DNA from: Methanobacteriota archaeon
GTDB taxonomy: Archaea > Thermoplasmatota > Poseidoniia > Poseidoniales > Thalassarchaeaceae
DNA length: 48,985 nt
Assembly (NCBI GenBank): GCA_002717835.1
Contig: PBBV01000008.1
Coordinates: 2,152 to 51,136 of the forward strand
Direction: 5' to 3'
Shown here: positions 29,585 to 38,938 of the stretch, piece after piece
Layout of the letters: each line of letters starts with the position of its first letter
How positions within the stretch are numbered: the stretch's first letter is position 1
Position numbers and translations under genes: made by a program
The notes under the pieces: model-generated
The model's input: the letters and a program-made list of their open reading frames with translations, nothing else
What the model was told of the DNA's origin: nothing
The model's database searches: none

Positions 29585-30343
29585 ATGGCGCGTCTGAGCT
29601 ATCCCCTCATTGCCCTCGTGGCTAGTCTTGTTTGTGTAGTCACATTCGCTATATCTTACTCAAATTTTGATGGTTATGGCGATCTTGATCCTGAGCAAAA
29701 TAGCCTTAGTATAGTAGAATCAGGAGAATCATTTTCCATAGTCCTGAATGAATATGATCAGATTTGGGTTTATTCTGAAAATAGTGAATCTTCCAATGCC
29801 AGCGTTACAATAAGAATCAATGGAACGGTTGTGAATGGCACTTCGCCAAAATGGTATGATACCTTTCTAACCAGTGAGGATGGGAAGAGAGTGTATGTGC
29901 CTTTAACTAAACTTGGACCGGGTCCAGAAGGCGATTATGTGTTTGAGAATGATGGTTCATCCTTGTTGTATCTCGTAGATATGGTAGGCATAGGGGAAAA
30001 TCTGTGGAAGGAGTCCTCTGTGCAAATCATGGCCGCCTCATGTTGCCTTTTTCCACTCATGGCAACATTGGGTATAGTTGGTCTATTTAGGTCTTCGAAA
30101 TCTACCAAGAAAGAGCCTAAAATACTGATATTCGATTCTAATGTAGGTATTCCAACGACTGAAGAAGTTTTCAGATCCGTGAATGACATATCAAAGGAAG
30201 AGGTGATTGTAAATTCTACCCCAGATCCGTGGAAGGAAGCGGTTTCTGAGGCTGAGGACATAGTCGAAAAAGTGCGTGATTCTGATGCAGGTTCTCGATT
30301 AGAAGAGGCTGAGGGTGATTGGCAAACCTGGGACGAAGGTTAG
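29585..30343 (+). CDS. Hypothetical membrane protein (N-terminal TM, extracellular beta-rich domain, second TM, acidic tail)
   Basis: Hydrophobic YPLIALVASLVCVVTFAISY and IMAASCCLFPLMATLGIVGLF segments. Confidence 0.7.
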   Translation: MARLSYPLIALVASLVCVVTFAISYSNFDGYGDLDPEQNSLSIVESGESFSIVLNEYDQIWVYSENSESSNASVTIRINGTVVNGTSPKWYDTFLTSEDGKRVYVPLTKLGPGPEGDYVFENDGSSLLYLVDMVGIGENLWKESSVQIMAASCCLFPLMATLGIVGLFRSSKSTKKEPKILIFDSNVGIPTTEEVFRSVNDISKEEVIVNSTPDPWKEAVSEAEDIVEKVRDSDAGSRLEEAEGDWQTWDEG

Positions 30344-30373
30344 ATTTGTCACGCATGGTTTATCCGGGTCGGC

Positions 30374-30398
30374 ACTAACCAACCTTTGGTTGGTAAGT
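30374..30398. promoter_or_regulatory. Palindromic operator upstream of the ArsR/Phr-like regulator
   Basis: ACTaACCAACC-TTT-GGTTGGTaAGT inverted repeat (11-bp arms, one mismatch) between a TTTAT element and ATG 30400. Confidence 0.7.
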
Positions 30399-30399
30399 C

Positions 30400-31137
30400 A
30401 TGCCCGGGTTCGACGATGTCCTCTCAATTCTCGAAAATAAGTCGAGAAGAGAGATACTAGAATTGCTTACAAGAGAGCCGCACTACGCTCTTCAGTTATC
30501 TGACCTGCTTCAAATTAGCCAACAAGCCGTAGTCAAGCACCTTGGAATTCTAGAAGATGCTGGTTTCGTCTCAGTGGATACTGTTCCTTCAGAAAAGGGG
30601 GGGCCGCCCAAGAAAGTGTACAAGGTGACAGAGTCATTCTGTTTGCGTCTGGACCTTGGGCCTAGGCTGTTCAAAGCAAGTGGTAAAATGATGCCTTCTG
30701 GTGGTCCAATACGCCTTTCCTCAAAACTTCCAGAAGGTCTGGAAGATGTAATCGACACCATGGGAACTCGTCGTAAAATACCTATGAATGAAGCTATGTC
30801 AATTCTTTCAAAACTGCAGACGCGCCTTGAAAGGTTGGACGAGCAGCGAGATGCTTTAGTTGCCCTGCATCAACAAGTTATGATGAAAGTGGCGCCGAGT
30901 ATCGAAGAGCTGACAGATAATTATGAAGAGCGCCAATTGGCTCATGCTATGTTAGATCAGCCAAGGCGTCCTGTCGATCTTGATCTCTTCTCGCAGAGTA
31001 TCAGAATTCAGTCCTCACAAGCTGAAGGCATCATGGCGGGCTTACGCGATCGTCTAATCAGAGATCTAGCAAGAAGCAAAGGGAATGTTATCGCTGGAGG
31101 GGAGGGCACTCCTCTTCCCTGGTGGCTAGTACGTTGA
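30400..31137 (+). CDS. ArsR-family winged-HTH regulator, Phr/HSR1 (COG1777)-like
   Basis: ILENKSRREILELLTREPHY..ISQQAVVKHLGILEDAG..GGPPKKVY, followed by a coiled-coil region. Confidence 0.85.
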   Translation: MPGFDDVLSILENKSRREILELLTREPHYALQLSDLLQISQQAVVKHLGILEDAGFVSVDTVPSEKGGPPKKVYKVTESFCLRLDLGPRLFKASGKMMPSGGPIRLSSKLPEGLEDVIDTMGTRRKIPMNEAMSILSKLQTRLERLDEQRDALVALHQQVMMKVAPSIEELTDNYEERQLAHAMLDQPRRPVDLDLFSQSIRIQSSQAEGIMAGLRDRLIRDLARSKGNVIAGGEGTPLPWWLVR

Positions 31138-34100
31138 CTAAAATTCCATATCTTCATCAGTATAGACCATCATACTCCTCTTCTGGGCGTATTCTTTCAT
31201 AGCCTCTATTCTTCGGCCCCAAATGACGACTACAGCAACTCCTCCGAGGGCAATTGTTGCCCCGATGATAATCACAGGAACGGAGTAAGTTGCGACGGCC
31301 TCCAGTAGCGGGTCGAGGAATCGATTATTGGAACCCATCTTATCGGTTAGAGACCAGTAGTTGTTTGATTCATCGGACTCTATGATATTATTGTCTGGGT
31401 CTACATACACTATTACGTCCTGAGAGCCCGCTTCTACAATGTAAAGCAGAGATATTTCCAAGAGTTCTTGATTACTGGACTGAGACACCGGCATAACTGC
31501 CTCGATTAACTGCCTGTAGACGATGTTGTCCTCATCGCAGCCATTCTTTCGAATGTCGGATGGGCTCTGATCGGCACAAAGAATTACGCTGACATCTGTA
31601 GCGTGTATGTTTCCTATATTTTGTAACTTGACTGTCACAGAAATCATTTCGCCAACCGCTGCTCTGGACTGCGGGGCATCTGCTGACAGTATCTTAAGAT
31701 CAGGTGCTCTAAGCATCAATTGGAGGACCTGCTCATTGGAATCGCATGCCGGTGGGTAGTTATCTGGAAGGCCGTCCTTATTCTCGTCAAGGGTGCATGA
31801 ATCGTCCCATTCAGGAGTCTCGTCGAAATCGCCGTCGGTGGCAGCTGAGCCATGTATTGATGTTGCTTTTATTCCAATTAATCTGTCACTTAACTGTGCT
31901 TCGTCATCTATCGATATTATTGCCACAAATTGAATTGTTGTGAATGCATCCATCTCAGGGAATGTTACGGTACTCGTTGTCGAAGTGTAACATGCATCCG
32001 GTTCTGGTGCTATGCTCGGCTCGGGAGGAAGGCATGGCGCCTCTTTTGGAAATTCTGTGTCGAAATCCTCTACCAGTGCGTAAGTGATCATCCATTTAGA
32101 AAGCGTATTCATTCCTGGAGTTGAATCCCAACCTCCCCCTCCACCTAATTTTGTGTGGTTGTGCAGCATCGGTGTATCTGGAACGTTTCCGGCATTTGTG
32201 AGGTTCATCAGGAAGCGGACTGTTCTACCGGGAGCACTGGTCTTTATTTTGGATTCCATGGCAGGATCTAGCGTAATCCTAAGATCGTGAAATTCTGAGA
32301 TTTCCACTTGTAATTCGATGTTCTCTCTAACTTTGGTACCCTCATAGGGTTCTTCGCTAAGTACGTTCAACACAACGCTGTATGTCCCCGCAAGTGTCTT
32401 TTCTGGGACGTTGATGATCAAATCAAATTCTTTTGATTCGTCCCTCAAAAGTTCTCCAAAGTAAACTCTTGGTATCTCTATATCCCAAATGTATGCACCT
32501 TCTGGGCCGGTAACTGACTCGACCGTGATGTCGAAACGGTCAGGCCCGTTGCCGATGTTCGTAATTTCGGTGGACAAAGGATATGCTTGCCCTGGGTAGA
32601 GTTCTAGGACATTAGAGTCGACTTCGGCTTCAAGATCGTAGACTTGGATCACGTTTGTTAGAAGCAACGCAGAGTCCCTCACCTCTGGTGTTCCTTCGAG
32701 GTGTGCTTTGACCACGACGGATTCCCCGAAGCCGGCTGTTGCATTGTAAGGGGAACACATATTCGCAGTGACCACGTATGGATTTCCGACAACTGCCCAA
32801 TATCTTGGAGCGTTTTCTGGTATTCCATTACCACCAGGTGCGCTTGAAAAATCCAAGTCTACGGTCCAATGATCGTACCTCCACACACTCTGAGAGATGT
32901 CTGACGGTCTCTCCGATGGTCCACCTGGCGTGGTGAATATCAAAGACCCTGGAGAGTAATTTTTTGTAACCTCTATGTCGAATTCAGCACAGTCACCGGG
33001 TAGGACGTTCAAGTTCGTACCATCTGGTATCTTGAAAACTATGTTTCCAGATGTCTTCACTGAGACGTTTATCCATAGACCGAGTACATCATATGTGCCA
33101 TGATCGATTTGGAATATCGGTTCTCCAGTGGACCATCCTTTGAGGTATATCACATAAGTTCCAGGGGTCTGTGAAGTTGGTATGGTCACTCTGAGATTCT
33201 TAGTCACTGCCTGGCCTGGATCGAGTGATACTTCCGTGGGGAAATCTACACCCCAACCGAATTGTAGGCCCCACTCCATTTGGCCATCAAGTGTGGATGG
33301 GTCATGGAAAGCAAACGTATCGTAAACGTTGCCTGTATTTCTGACAATTATGGAGAAGGTACCTGAACCACCCTGCTCGACATCGATATTTTTGTTGATT
33401 GTTGATAGATCGATTCCGTGGACTACATCCATCAAGATCACGAGTTGCCTTTCATCGTCGATGGCTGGATCTTTGTATGAAACTGCTCTTACCTTGATCT
33501 CTGCTAATTGGTCACCTTCGGCTTGATATATCGTAGGAGCCCTTACCCTCAAGTAAAGAGGAACTAGGTTTTCTCCGTTAGAGTTACCCTTGAGATGTAT
33601 GGGTGTGGATTCAAAAATCGGTGTGTGATTGGATGCGTAATAGAGAGTAGCGCTCCAATTCATAGGGACGTCCTCTACAGTGAGGCGGAATGTATCTGCC
33701 ACGAGATCGGATGGGCCAGGTGTTGGATTGTCGATAGTTAGATTGTAAATAGTGCTCTCACCCGGTTCAATTACGTGATAATATGTCTCAGAGGGTGCGA
33801 GTGCGACGTCGACAAGCCCTGTTAGAACGTGGACGTAGCACAACGTCTGTTTAGGGCTGTTTGCTTCTCCGCATTTGGTTGAGTCGGACCAAGCAACATG
33901 GGCTCCGCTTCCAAGGTCATTAGAAAATGCCGGAGGGTTCCCAAGTTGTGGGTTTCTAGGAGAATTAGGGCCTAGTTTACCAGATTCCCATGTGGATACC
34001 TCGAATATCTCCCACTCATCTAATACAGCTATAGCGAGATTGTTCAGCGTGGGGAACCCGTTGGGATATTGGTCAGTTGTGCTGTTGAGACGAGTATACA

Positions 34101-36273
34101 TGATCGTCTCACCTTGGGATTTGTTGCTGTTATCGAGCCATGCGATGTGTATGTTGTCGAAGTCATCAACCAATATGCCTGGAAGATATGATGTAGCCTC
34201 ATATGGGCCTCTGTCTGGGTTGTCGTCGAACCAATCCAATCCTTCGACATTGGAAATCGCAGAATCCATGATTTGCTTGATACCAAACGCCGGTAATCCG
34301 TCGCTAGCCCCATCCCACTGTCCTGCACCCTTGAGTTTGAGGCGTGTGTAGAAAATCTCGTAATTGACATCTAATTCGAAGCCATAGGACCTCCCATCCA
34401 TCCAGGCTATGTGCGTGTTACCTTGGCTATCAAGAGCGACTTGTGGGTGAAGGCTGTATGCATCTTGGAGTGTGACGCGCGTGTCGTTTACTACTACGAG
34501 ATGTCCGTATCCTTGGAGATCGAGGGAGGGGCCTACGTCTTCGATGTAATATCTACTCCCGGAGGTCGCTGAACACTGTGGTACGCAACGGGTAGCAGAC
34601 TGACCGGGGGCGAAACCGACCCATGGGTTATCAAGAAGGGCATATGGATCGAGTACTGAAATGAATATTTCACGAGAAGCATTTGTTGCCAAATATATGA
34701 GTGCCTCCACCATGAACTGGAGTTCAGCTGCTGAAGACGATCCTGTTGGGAATGCATAAACTGCTCCCTCGGCATGTGTTGTTCTAGGCGCTCCTCCAGG
34801 GCAATATCTAGCCACTGAAGGTGTTCCGGGCTGATTATTGGGGCATTCAGCAAGGTCTCTCATCTGAGAACCTACGCTACCATCTGCACCGGCCCAGAGG
34901 GGCACTGGAGATATTCCTGCTAGGACACATGCGTCGTGTGCCTCGTTCACGCTTTCGCGATCAGTTGCGTCCTCCGGGGATCCGTCATTAGCATTCTCAT
35001 CAGATATTGGTATGATGATCTTGGTAGCATTTGGATTCCATCGGTGGTCCTCTGTTGTTGGGGGGTTAGCAAGGTTACCGAGTCTTCCTTGCGCGTCTCT
35101 CCATGAGAGGCAGGACCATGTGGATGAGGGGCCCCAAGCTTCCGACCCCTGGCCTCCTCCATCGTAACTTAGTGATATAGCGGCGTTGTTCAGTACCGCG
35201 CCGGTCAGCTTTCGAATGCCTCCAGATGTATCTGCAGGAGTCTGGCCAAGGTGATTCGCGCGAGGCCCCTGGCTTCCTGATCCTCCTGTCTGGTATGCTG
35301 TGGTACAGTAGCCTGAAGTTGCAGCAGCAACCTGTTGTACCCCTCCAATTCCGTATAGTGTTTCGAATACTGTCATGTTAGCTTGCTCCAACATGGGTTT
35401 GAGGCCGATGAAATTGCCGCCAGATGAGAATTGTCCTCCATAGAAGACTGTGCACATGTCTGCCCATTCAGTTCCCATCGATCCAGAGGTGTCGATTGGC
35501 ACGACCATCTCGACTTTGCCTCCCCTCGTGTCGTCCCAAACCACCTGAACGAAATCGTCGTTATCCACAGCGATATCTGGATGGCCCTTCATACCGATTA
35601 TTGGTGTCAGAAGTGTTGCGTCTATCTTTGATTGGGCTTCCCGGCTAGAGGCGTCTATCTCAATCATTTCATAATAAATCTGAGTCTGTGAGTAATAGAG
35701 GTCCAACGGGTCATTGTTATCCTGCCAAACGATGTGTGCATTGTTCAAAGAGTCTACAGCCACAGCAGGCCAATCCCTATCTTGGCTCCCGGTTCTTATT
35801 TCATAATCATCAATTATGGAGATGCCGTTCAATCCATCAATTGCATTCGAACCGTCTTGTTCGTGCATTGCAGGGTCCAACAACTGATACCAGATTGTCC
35901 ATTGTCCAGATCTGTCAGCCCAGACGATATGCACCTTATCCTCAGAATCGACTGCGACGTCTGGGTGCCATGCTTGGTGTGCCCCGGGATTGGAAATTTG
36001 TGTCTCAGAGATCAATGTCTCGCCGGATGGGCCTAACATCTTGTAATACAGGTGCTGGGTGTTCCTGCTCCAAACGAAGTGTACGTTTCCCTCTGAGTCG
36101 GAGTCGACAGCGACCATCGAATCTGAATTTGATCCGCTGTTTACGATGTTAATTGCATCTGTAAGAACAATTTCGCTGGCTTGTACCGGGACTGCAACAC
36201 CCATTGCAGCGACTATACTTGAAAGCATAAGCAAGGTCATCATTATGCTGGAACGCTTCTTTCTATTCTGCAT
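31138..36273 (-). CDS. Large membrane-anchored surface protein: 7 propeller-like repeats with inserted vWA domain, Ig-like (NEW3/CARDB-like) domains, C-terminal TM
   Basis: Signal peptide, VAVDSxxxxHIVW repeats, DTSGS MIDAS, repeated xPGxxxxFxxxxxNxGNxxD, VDPDNNIIESDESNN, and TM VPVIIIGATIALGGVAVVVIW. Confidence 0.9.
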   Translation of the reverse strand: MQNRKKRSSIMMTLLMLSSIVAAMGVAVPVQASEIVLTDAINIVNSGSNSDSMVAVDSDSEGNVHFVWSRNTQHLYYKMLGPSGETLISETQISNPGAHQAWHPDVAVDSEDKVHIVWADRSGQWTIWYQLLDPAMHEQDGSNAIDGLNGISIIDDYEIRTGSQDRDWPAVAVDSLNNAHIVWQDNNDPLDLYYSQTQIYYEMIEIDASSREAQSKIDATLLTPIIGMKGHPDIAVDNDDFVQVVWDDTRGGKVEMVVPIDTSGSMGTEWADMCTVFYGGQFSSGGNFIGLKPMLEQANMTVFETLYGIGGVQQVAAATSGYCTTAYQTGGSGSQGPRANHLGQTPADTSGGIRKLTGAVLNNAAISLSYDGGGQGSEAWGPSSTWSCLSWRDAQGRLGNLANPPTTEDHRWNPNATKIIIPISDENANDGSPEDATDRESVNEAHDACVLAGISPVPLWAGADGSVGSQMRDLAECPNNQPGTPSVARYCPGGAPRTTHAEGAVYAFPTGSSSAAELQFMVEALIYLATNASREIFISVLDPYALLDNPWVGFAPGQSATRCVPQCSATSGSRYYIEDVGPSLDLQGYGHLVVVNDTRVTLQDAYSLHPQVALDSQGNTHIAWMDGRSYGFELDVNYEIFYTRLKLKGAGQWDGASDGLPAFGIKQIMDSAISNVEGLDWFDDNPDRGPYEATSYLPGILVDDFDNIHIAWLDNSNKSQGETIMYTRLNSTTDQYPNGFPTLNNLAIAVLDEWEIFEVSTWESGKLGPNSPRNPQLGNPPAFSNDLGSGAHVAWSDSTKCGEANSPKQTLCYVHVLTGLVDVALAPSETYYHVIEPGESTIYNLTIDNPTPGPSDLVADTFRLTVEDVPMNWSATLYYASNHTPIFESTPIHLKGNSNGENLVPLYLRVRAPTIYQAEGDQLAEIKVRAVSYKDPAIDDERQLVILMDVVHGIDLSTINKNIDVEQGGSGTFSIIVRNTGNVYDTFAFHDPSTLDGQMEWGLQFGWGVDFPTEVSLDPGQAVTKNLRVTIPTSQTPGTYVIYLKGWSTGEPIFQIDHGTYDVLGLWINVSVKTSGNIVFKIPDGTNLNVLPGDCAEFDIEVTKNYSPGSLIFTTPGGPSERPSDISQSVWRYDHWTVDLDFSSAPGGNGIPENAPRYWAVVGNPYVVTANMCSPYNATAGFGESVVVKAHLEGTPEVRDSALLLTNVIQVYDLEAEVDSNVLELYPGQAYPLSTEITNIGNGPDRFDITVESVTGPEGAYIWDIEIPRVYFGELLRDESKEFDLIINVPEKTLAGTYSVVLNVLSEEPYEGTKVRENIELQVEISEFHDLRITLDPAMESKIKTSAPGRTVRFLMNLTNAGNVPDTPMLHNHTKLGGGGGWDSTPGMNTLSKWMITYALVEDFDTEFPKEAPCLPPEPSIAPEPDACYTSTTSTVTFPEMDAFTTIQFVAIISIDDEAQLSDRLIGIKATSIHGSAATDGDFDETPEWDDSCTLDENKDGLPDNYPPACDSNEQVLQLMLRAPDLKILSADAPQSRAAVGEMISVTVKLQNIGNIHATDVSVILCADQSPSDIRKNGCDEDNIVYRQLIEAVMPVSQSSNQELLEISLLYIVEAGSQDVIVYVDPDNNIIESDESNNYWSLTDKMGSNNRFLDPLLEAVATYSVPVIIIGATIALGGVAVVVIWGRRIEAMKEYAQKRSMMVYTDEDMEF

Positions 36274-36342
36274 GGATACCACTCAGTATGCTGAATGCAA
36301 CTCTAACCATACTTAATGTCGACCCACTCGGGTCAGATTTGA

Positions 36343-36975
36343 CTAGACCCACTCACTTGGATCGAAGCTCTGGCCGAATCCGGCTTGCTCATCGAAATCC
36401 ACCTTAGCAGATTTTAGCGCTGAGTTTTGACCAGATCTGGATATTGGTTTCTTACCTTTCCAGTCATCTACCGGCCCGGGTTTACCTATTCCCTTGCCAT
36501 AATCAAATTTTATTTGGTGTATTATGGAGAGTTTTGTCAGCCAGACGCTCCTCATTGTCTGCATAAGTTCATTTTGAGTGAGTCCATCAAACCAAATTGG
36601 ACGTGATATATTGAACGCTTGGAGCGGTCCGGGCTTATTCTGTTCGTCTTCCTTGCCGACATGCAGGACCCAATCTAAAGTTGATCTTGTAAGATGCATT
36701 CTAATCTCATGTAGCCAACCTTTCCATCCGATTAGATCCTCGTCACCATAGGTCACCATCTCGTCTTGTTGTCCCTGATCGACTCGAGTGATCGAGTACA
36801 CCAACACAAGTGATCTCTTCTTTGGTATCACGATGTTGAAAACGTGGCCGTCTTTTGTAGGAGGATATTTGACATGGAGGTGCAATTGTGCTTTTCCGTC
36901 GTCAACAACCCTGTATTCGGAGTTCTCATCATCGAGCCACGTGCGGATAGCCGCAGAGGCATCCTTTGCATCCAC
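36343..36975 (-). CDS. DUF2299-like archaeal protein
   Basis: IRTWLDDE..LHLHVKYPP..IVIPKK..IWFDGLTQNELM pattern resembles DUF2299 (recalled, not searched). Confidence 0.65.
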   Translation of the reverse strand: MDAKDASAAIRTWLDDENSEYRVVDDGKAQLHLHVKYPPTKDGHVFNIVIPKKRSLVLVYSITRVDQGQQDEMVTYGDEDLIGWKGWLHEIRMHLTRSTLDWVLHVGKEDEQNKPGPLQAFNISRPIWFDGLTQNELMQTMRSVWLTKLSIIHQIKFDYGKGIGKPGPVDDWKGKKPISRSGQNSALKSAKVDFDEQAGFGQSFDPSEWV

Positions 36976-36996
36976 GACATGAATTTGTGAATCGTC

Positions 36997-38478
36997 CTAT
37001 TTGAGGGCAACGAGATGCTCGTCCATCATAATGATGCTATCACGAAGAGTCTTGGCTGATGGACTTCGGATTAATGCAGCCCTTCTACGATCTCTTCTGA
37101 AATCATTTACAGAATCGTAACCCAGAGCCATCAAAATGGCTGCCAGGTAGAAAATGGGGAAGAGCACAATGAAGAACAGGGGTATGAATTGGAGTGGGAG
37201 GTTGTAGAATAAAAAGGCCGAAGCAGTCCACAGAATAGCAATCAATGGCCAGAAAAGGGGCAATGAAAACATCGCAGCCATCAGGTGGTATGTTGTTCTC
37301 GCGTCGATTCCTTCGTCCGTCCTATCTCCCAGCCACCATGCAAGTATAGCCTGAGGGAATGTACTCAATGTGAAAACTGGCATTGCTACTAACATGACAG
37401 AAGCCCCGAGAATCAGATAGAGTATGCTGGTTTTTTTCCTTATGATATGACCCTCTGCATTCAAATCACGTGCGTCTAAGTCATGTTCATGTAATATTTT
37501 GGCTGCATTTACTGCCTTCTCTTGCAGTTCTTGGGGAATATTTCCCTCTCGCCATTCTTGTCTTATCTTTCTTGTTTCCAATACCTCCTGGTGGAGATCG
37601 TCAATAGGGGCCTGCGAGTTTCTGTGGGCCAAGAGTATCCATGCACGATGTGTTTCCCAATCAGGAGCGTCAGGAACTGCTTCCTTGAGAATTGAGTATA
37701 CTGAATCACGCATGGCGATAACTTCCGATTTGGGCGGTTCGACCCATTCTCCATTCAACAAAGATTGGGCCTGCTCCTGAGAATATGGATTTGGAATAGG
37801 TATCGGATCGAGGTACTCGACGTGATGGTCTGTTCTAAATTTTGTATGATTTCTCCAGTGGAGACCAGCTGGTTGGAGATGTGGTTGGGGAAGATTTCGA
37901 ATTTCTGCCAACGCAGCAGCTGCGAAAACCGTACGGAATGGCCCAGTTTTGAAACCGTGTAGAATTGGATCCTGATGTGAGGTCCCTTCAGGAAATACAA
38001 CAGCAGAATAACCGTTAGAAATACAATTTGAAACGGTTAACATACTCCTCTTATTTATTTCTCCTGCGAAATCTGAATTAGTTATGCCTTCGTCCATCTC
38101 CGCTTTTCTCAAGATTGGTTGTATACCGAGACCTCGTGTCCACCAACCTAGTATCGGTCTTGTAACCAAATCATGACGCCCCAGCGCTGTAAATCTTCGA
38201 TCTTGGCTGTGTACTATGACTAAAGGGTCCACTAATCCATTAATATGGGTTGATACTGATATTCTGCCGCCGCCTATTTCAGGTACTTCATCAGCCTTGG
38301 AGTTCCTGAAAATAATTCGATGGCCGATGGATATCATTGCTCTGAATAGCCACCACACAATTATCGATCCTGGGTGTTTTCCTGAATGGTCCCATGGAAC
38401 CGATTTGAGCTTGCTAGTATCTATCCGCCTCGCGCTACTGGAAAGTTCCGGAGCCAAGGCCTCGGGCTTGCCGTCCAT
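36997..38478 (-). CDS. Glycerolipid acyltransferase (PlsC/GPAT superfamily) with C-terminal TM helices
   Basis: Motif I THINGLVD, motif III VFPEGTSH, FKTGP, and three hydrophobic C-terminal segments. Confidence 0.85.
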   Translation of the reverse strand: MDGKPEALAPELSSSARRIDTSKLKSVPWDHSGKHPGSIIVWWLFRAMISIGHRIIFRNSKADEVPEIGGGRISVSTHINGLVDPLVIVHSQDRRFTALGRHDLVTRPILGWWTRGLGIQPILRKAEMDEGITNSDFAGEINKRSMLTVSNCISNGYSAVVFPEGTSHQDPILHGFKTGPFRTVFAAAALAEIRNLPQPHLQPAGLHWRNHTKFRTDHHVEYLDPIPIPNPYSQEQAQSLLNGEWVEPPKSEVIAMRDSVYSILKEAVPDAPDWETHRAWILLAHRNSQAPIDDLHQEVLETRKIRQEWREGNIPQELQEKAVNAAKILHEHDLDARDLNAEGHIIRKKTSILYLILGASVMLVAMPVFTLSTFPQAILAWWLGDRTDEGIDARTTYHLMAAMFSLPLFWPLIAILWTASAFLFYNLPLQFIPLFFIVLFPIFYLAAILMALGYDSVNDFRRDRRRAALIRSPSAKTLRDSIIMMDEHLVALK

Positions 38479-38514
38479 GCTAACCCCTCATGTGCCCTCT
38501 GATGTTGTAAGCAT

Positions 38515-38934
38515 TCACTCATTGATATCGAGTTGAATAGCAGCGGCAATGGACTGCCCCTCAAGCGGCTCTAATGATTCTGGTTGCCATGTGAATGAGT
38601 GTTTAGATTCTGCATACTTCGGAATTATATGAAAATGAACATGCGGAACGGTCATGCCAGCTTCCCTCCCGTTATTCTGAATGATGTTGTATGCGATTGC
38701 TCCCGTGGCTTTTTTGATTGCACGGGATAAGATCGGCAATGCTTTCCCGATGGCCGCTGCGGAATCTGGGCTAAGCTGATCAATCGTGGGTGCTGGTTCC
38801 TTAGACACGAGTAGGGTATGTCCTTTTGCAAGTGGATTTATGTCTAAAAAAGCGAACACATGATCATTTTCATACAGTTTGTAGCATGGTATTTCACCTT
38901 CAATTATTCTGGTGAAAAGCGTGTGTTCACTCAT
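38515..38934 (-). CDS. hit: HIT-family nucleotide hydrolase (Hint-like)
   Basis: AFLDINP, GHTLLV, NNG, VPHVHFHIIP histidine triad. Confidence 0.93.
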   Translation of the reverse strand: MSEHTLFTRIIEGEIPCYKLYENDHVFAFLDINPLAKGHTLLVSKEPAPTIDQLSPDSAAAIGKALPILSRAIKKATGAIAYNIIQNNGREAGMTVPHVHFHIIPKYAESKHSFTWQPESLEPLEGQSIAAAIQLDINE

Positions 38935-38938
38935 ACGA

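Noticed and set aside
24015-30340. Visibly more AT-rich stretch as a possible horizontally acquired island
   Set aside because: It contains core top6AB and no mobility genes or boundary repeats. GC was only estimated by eye.
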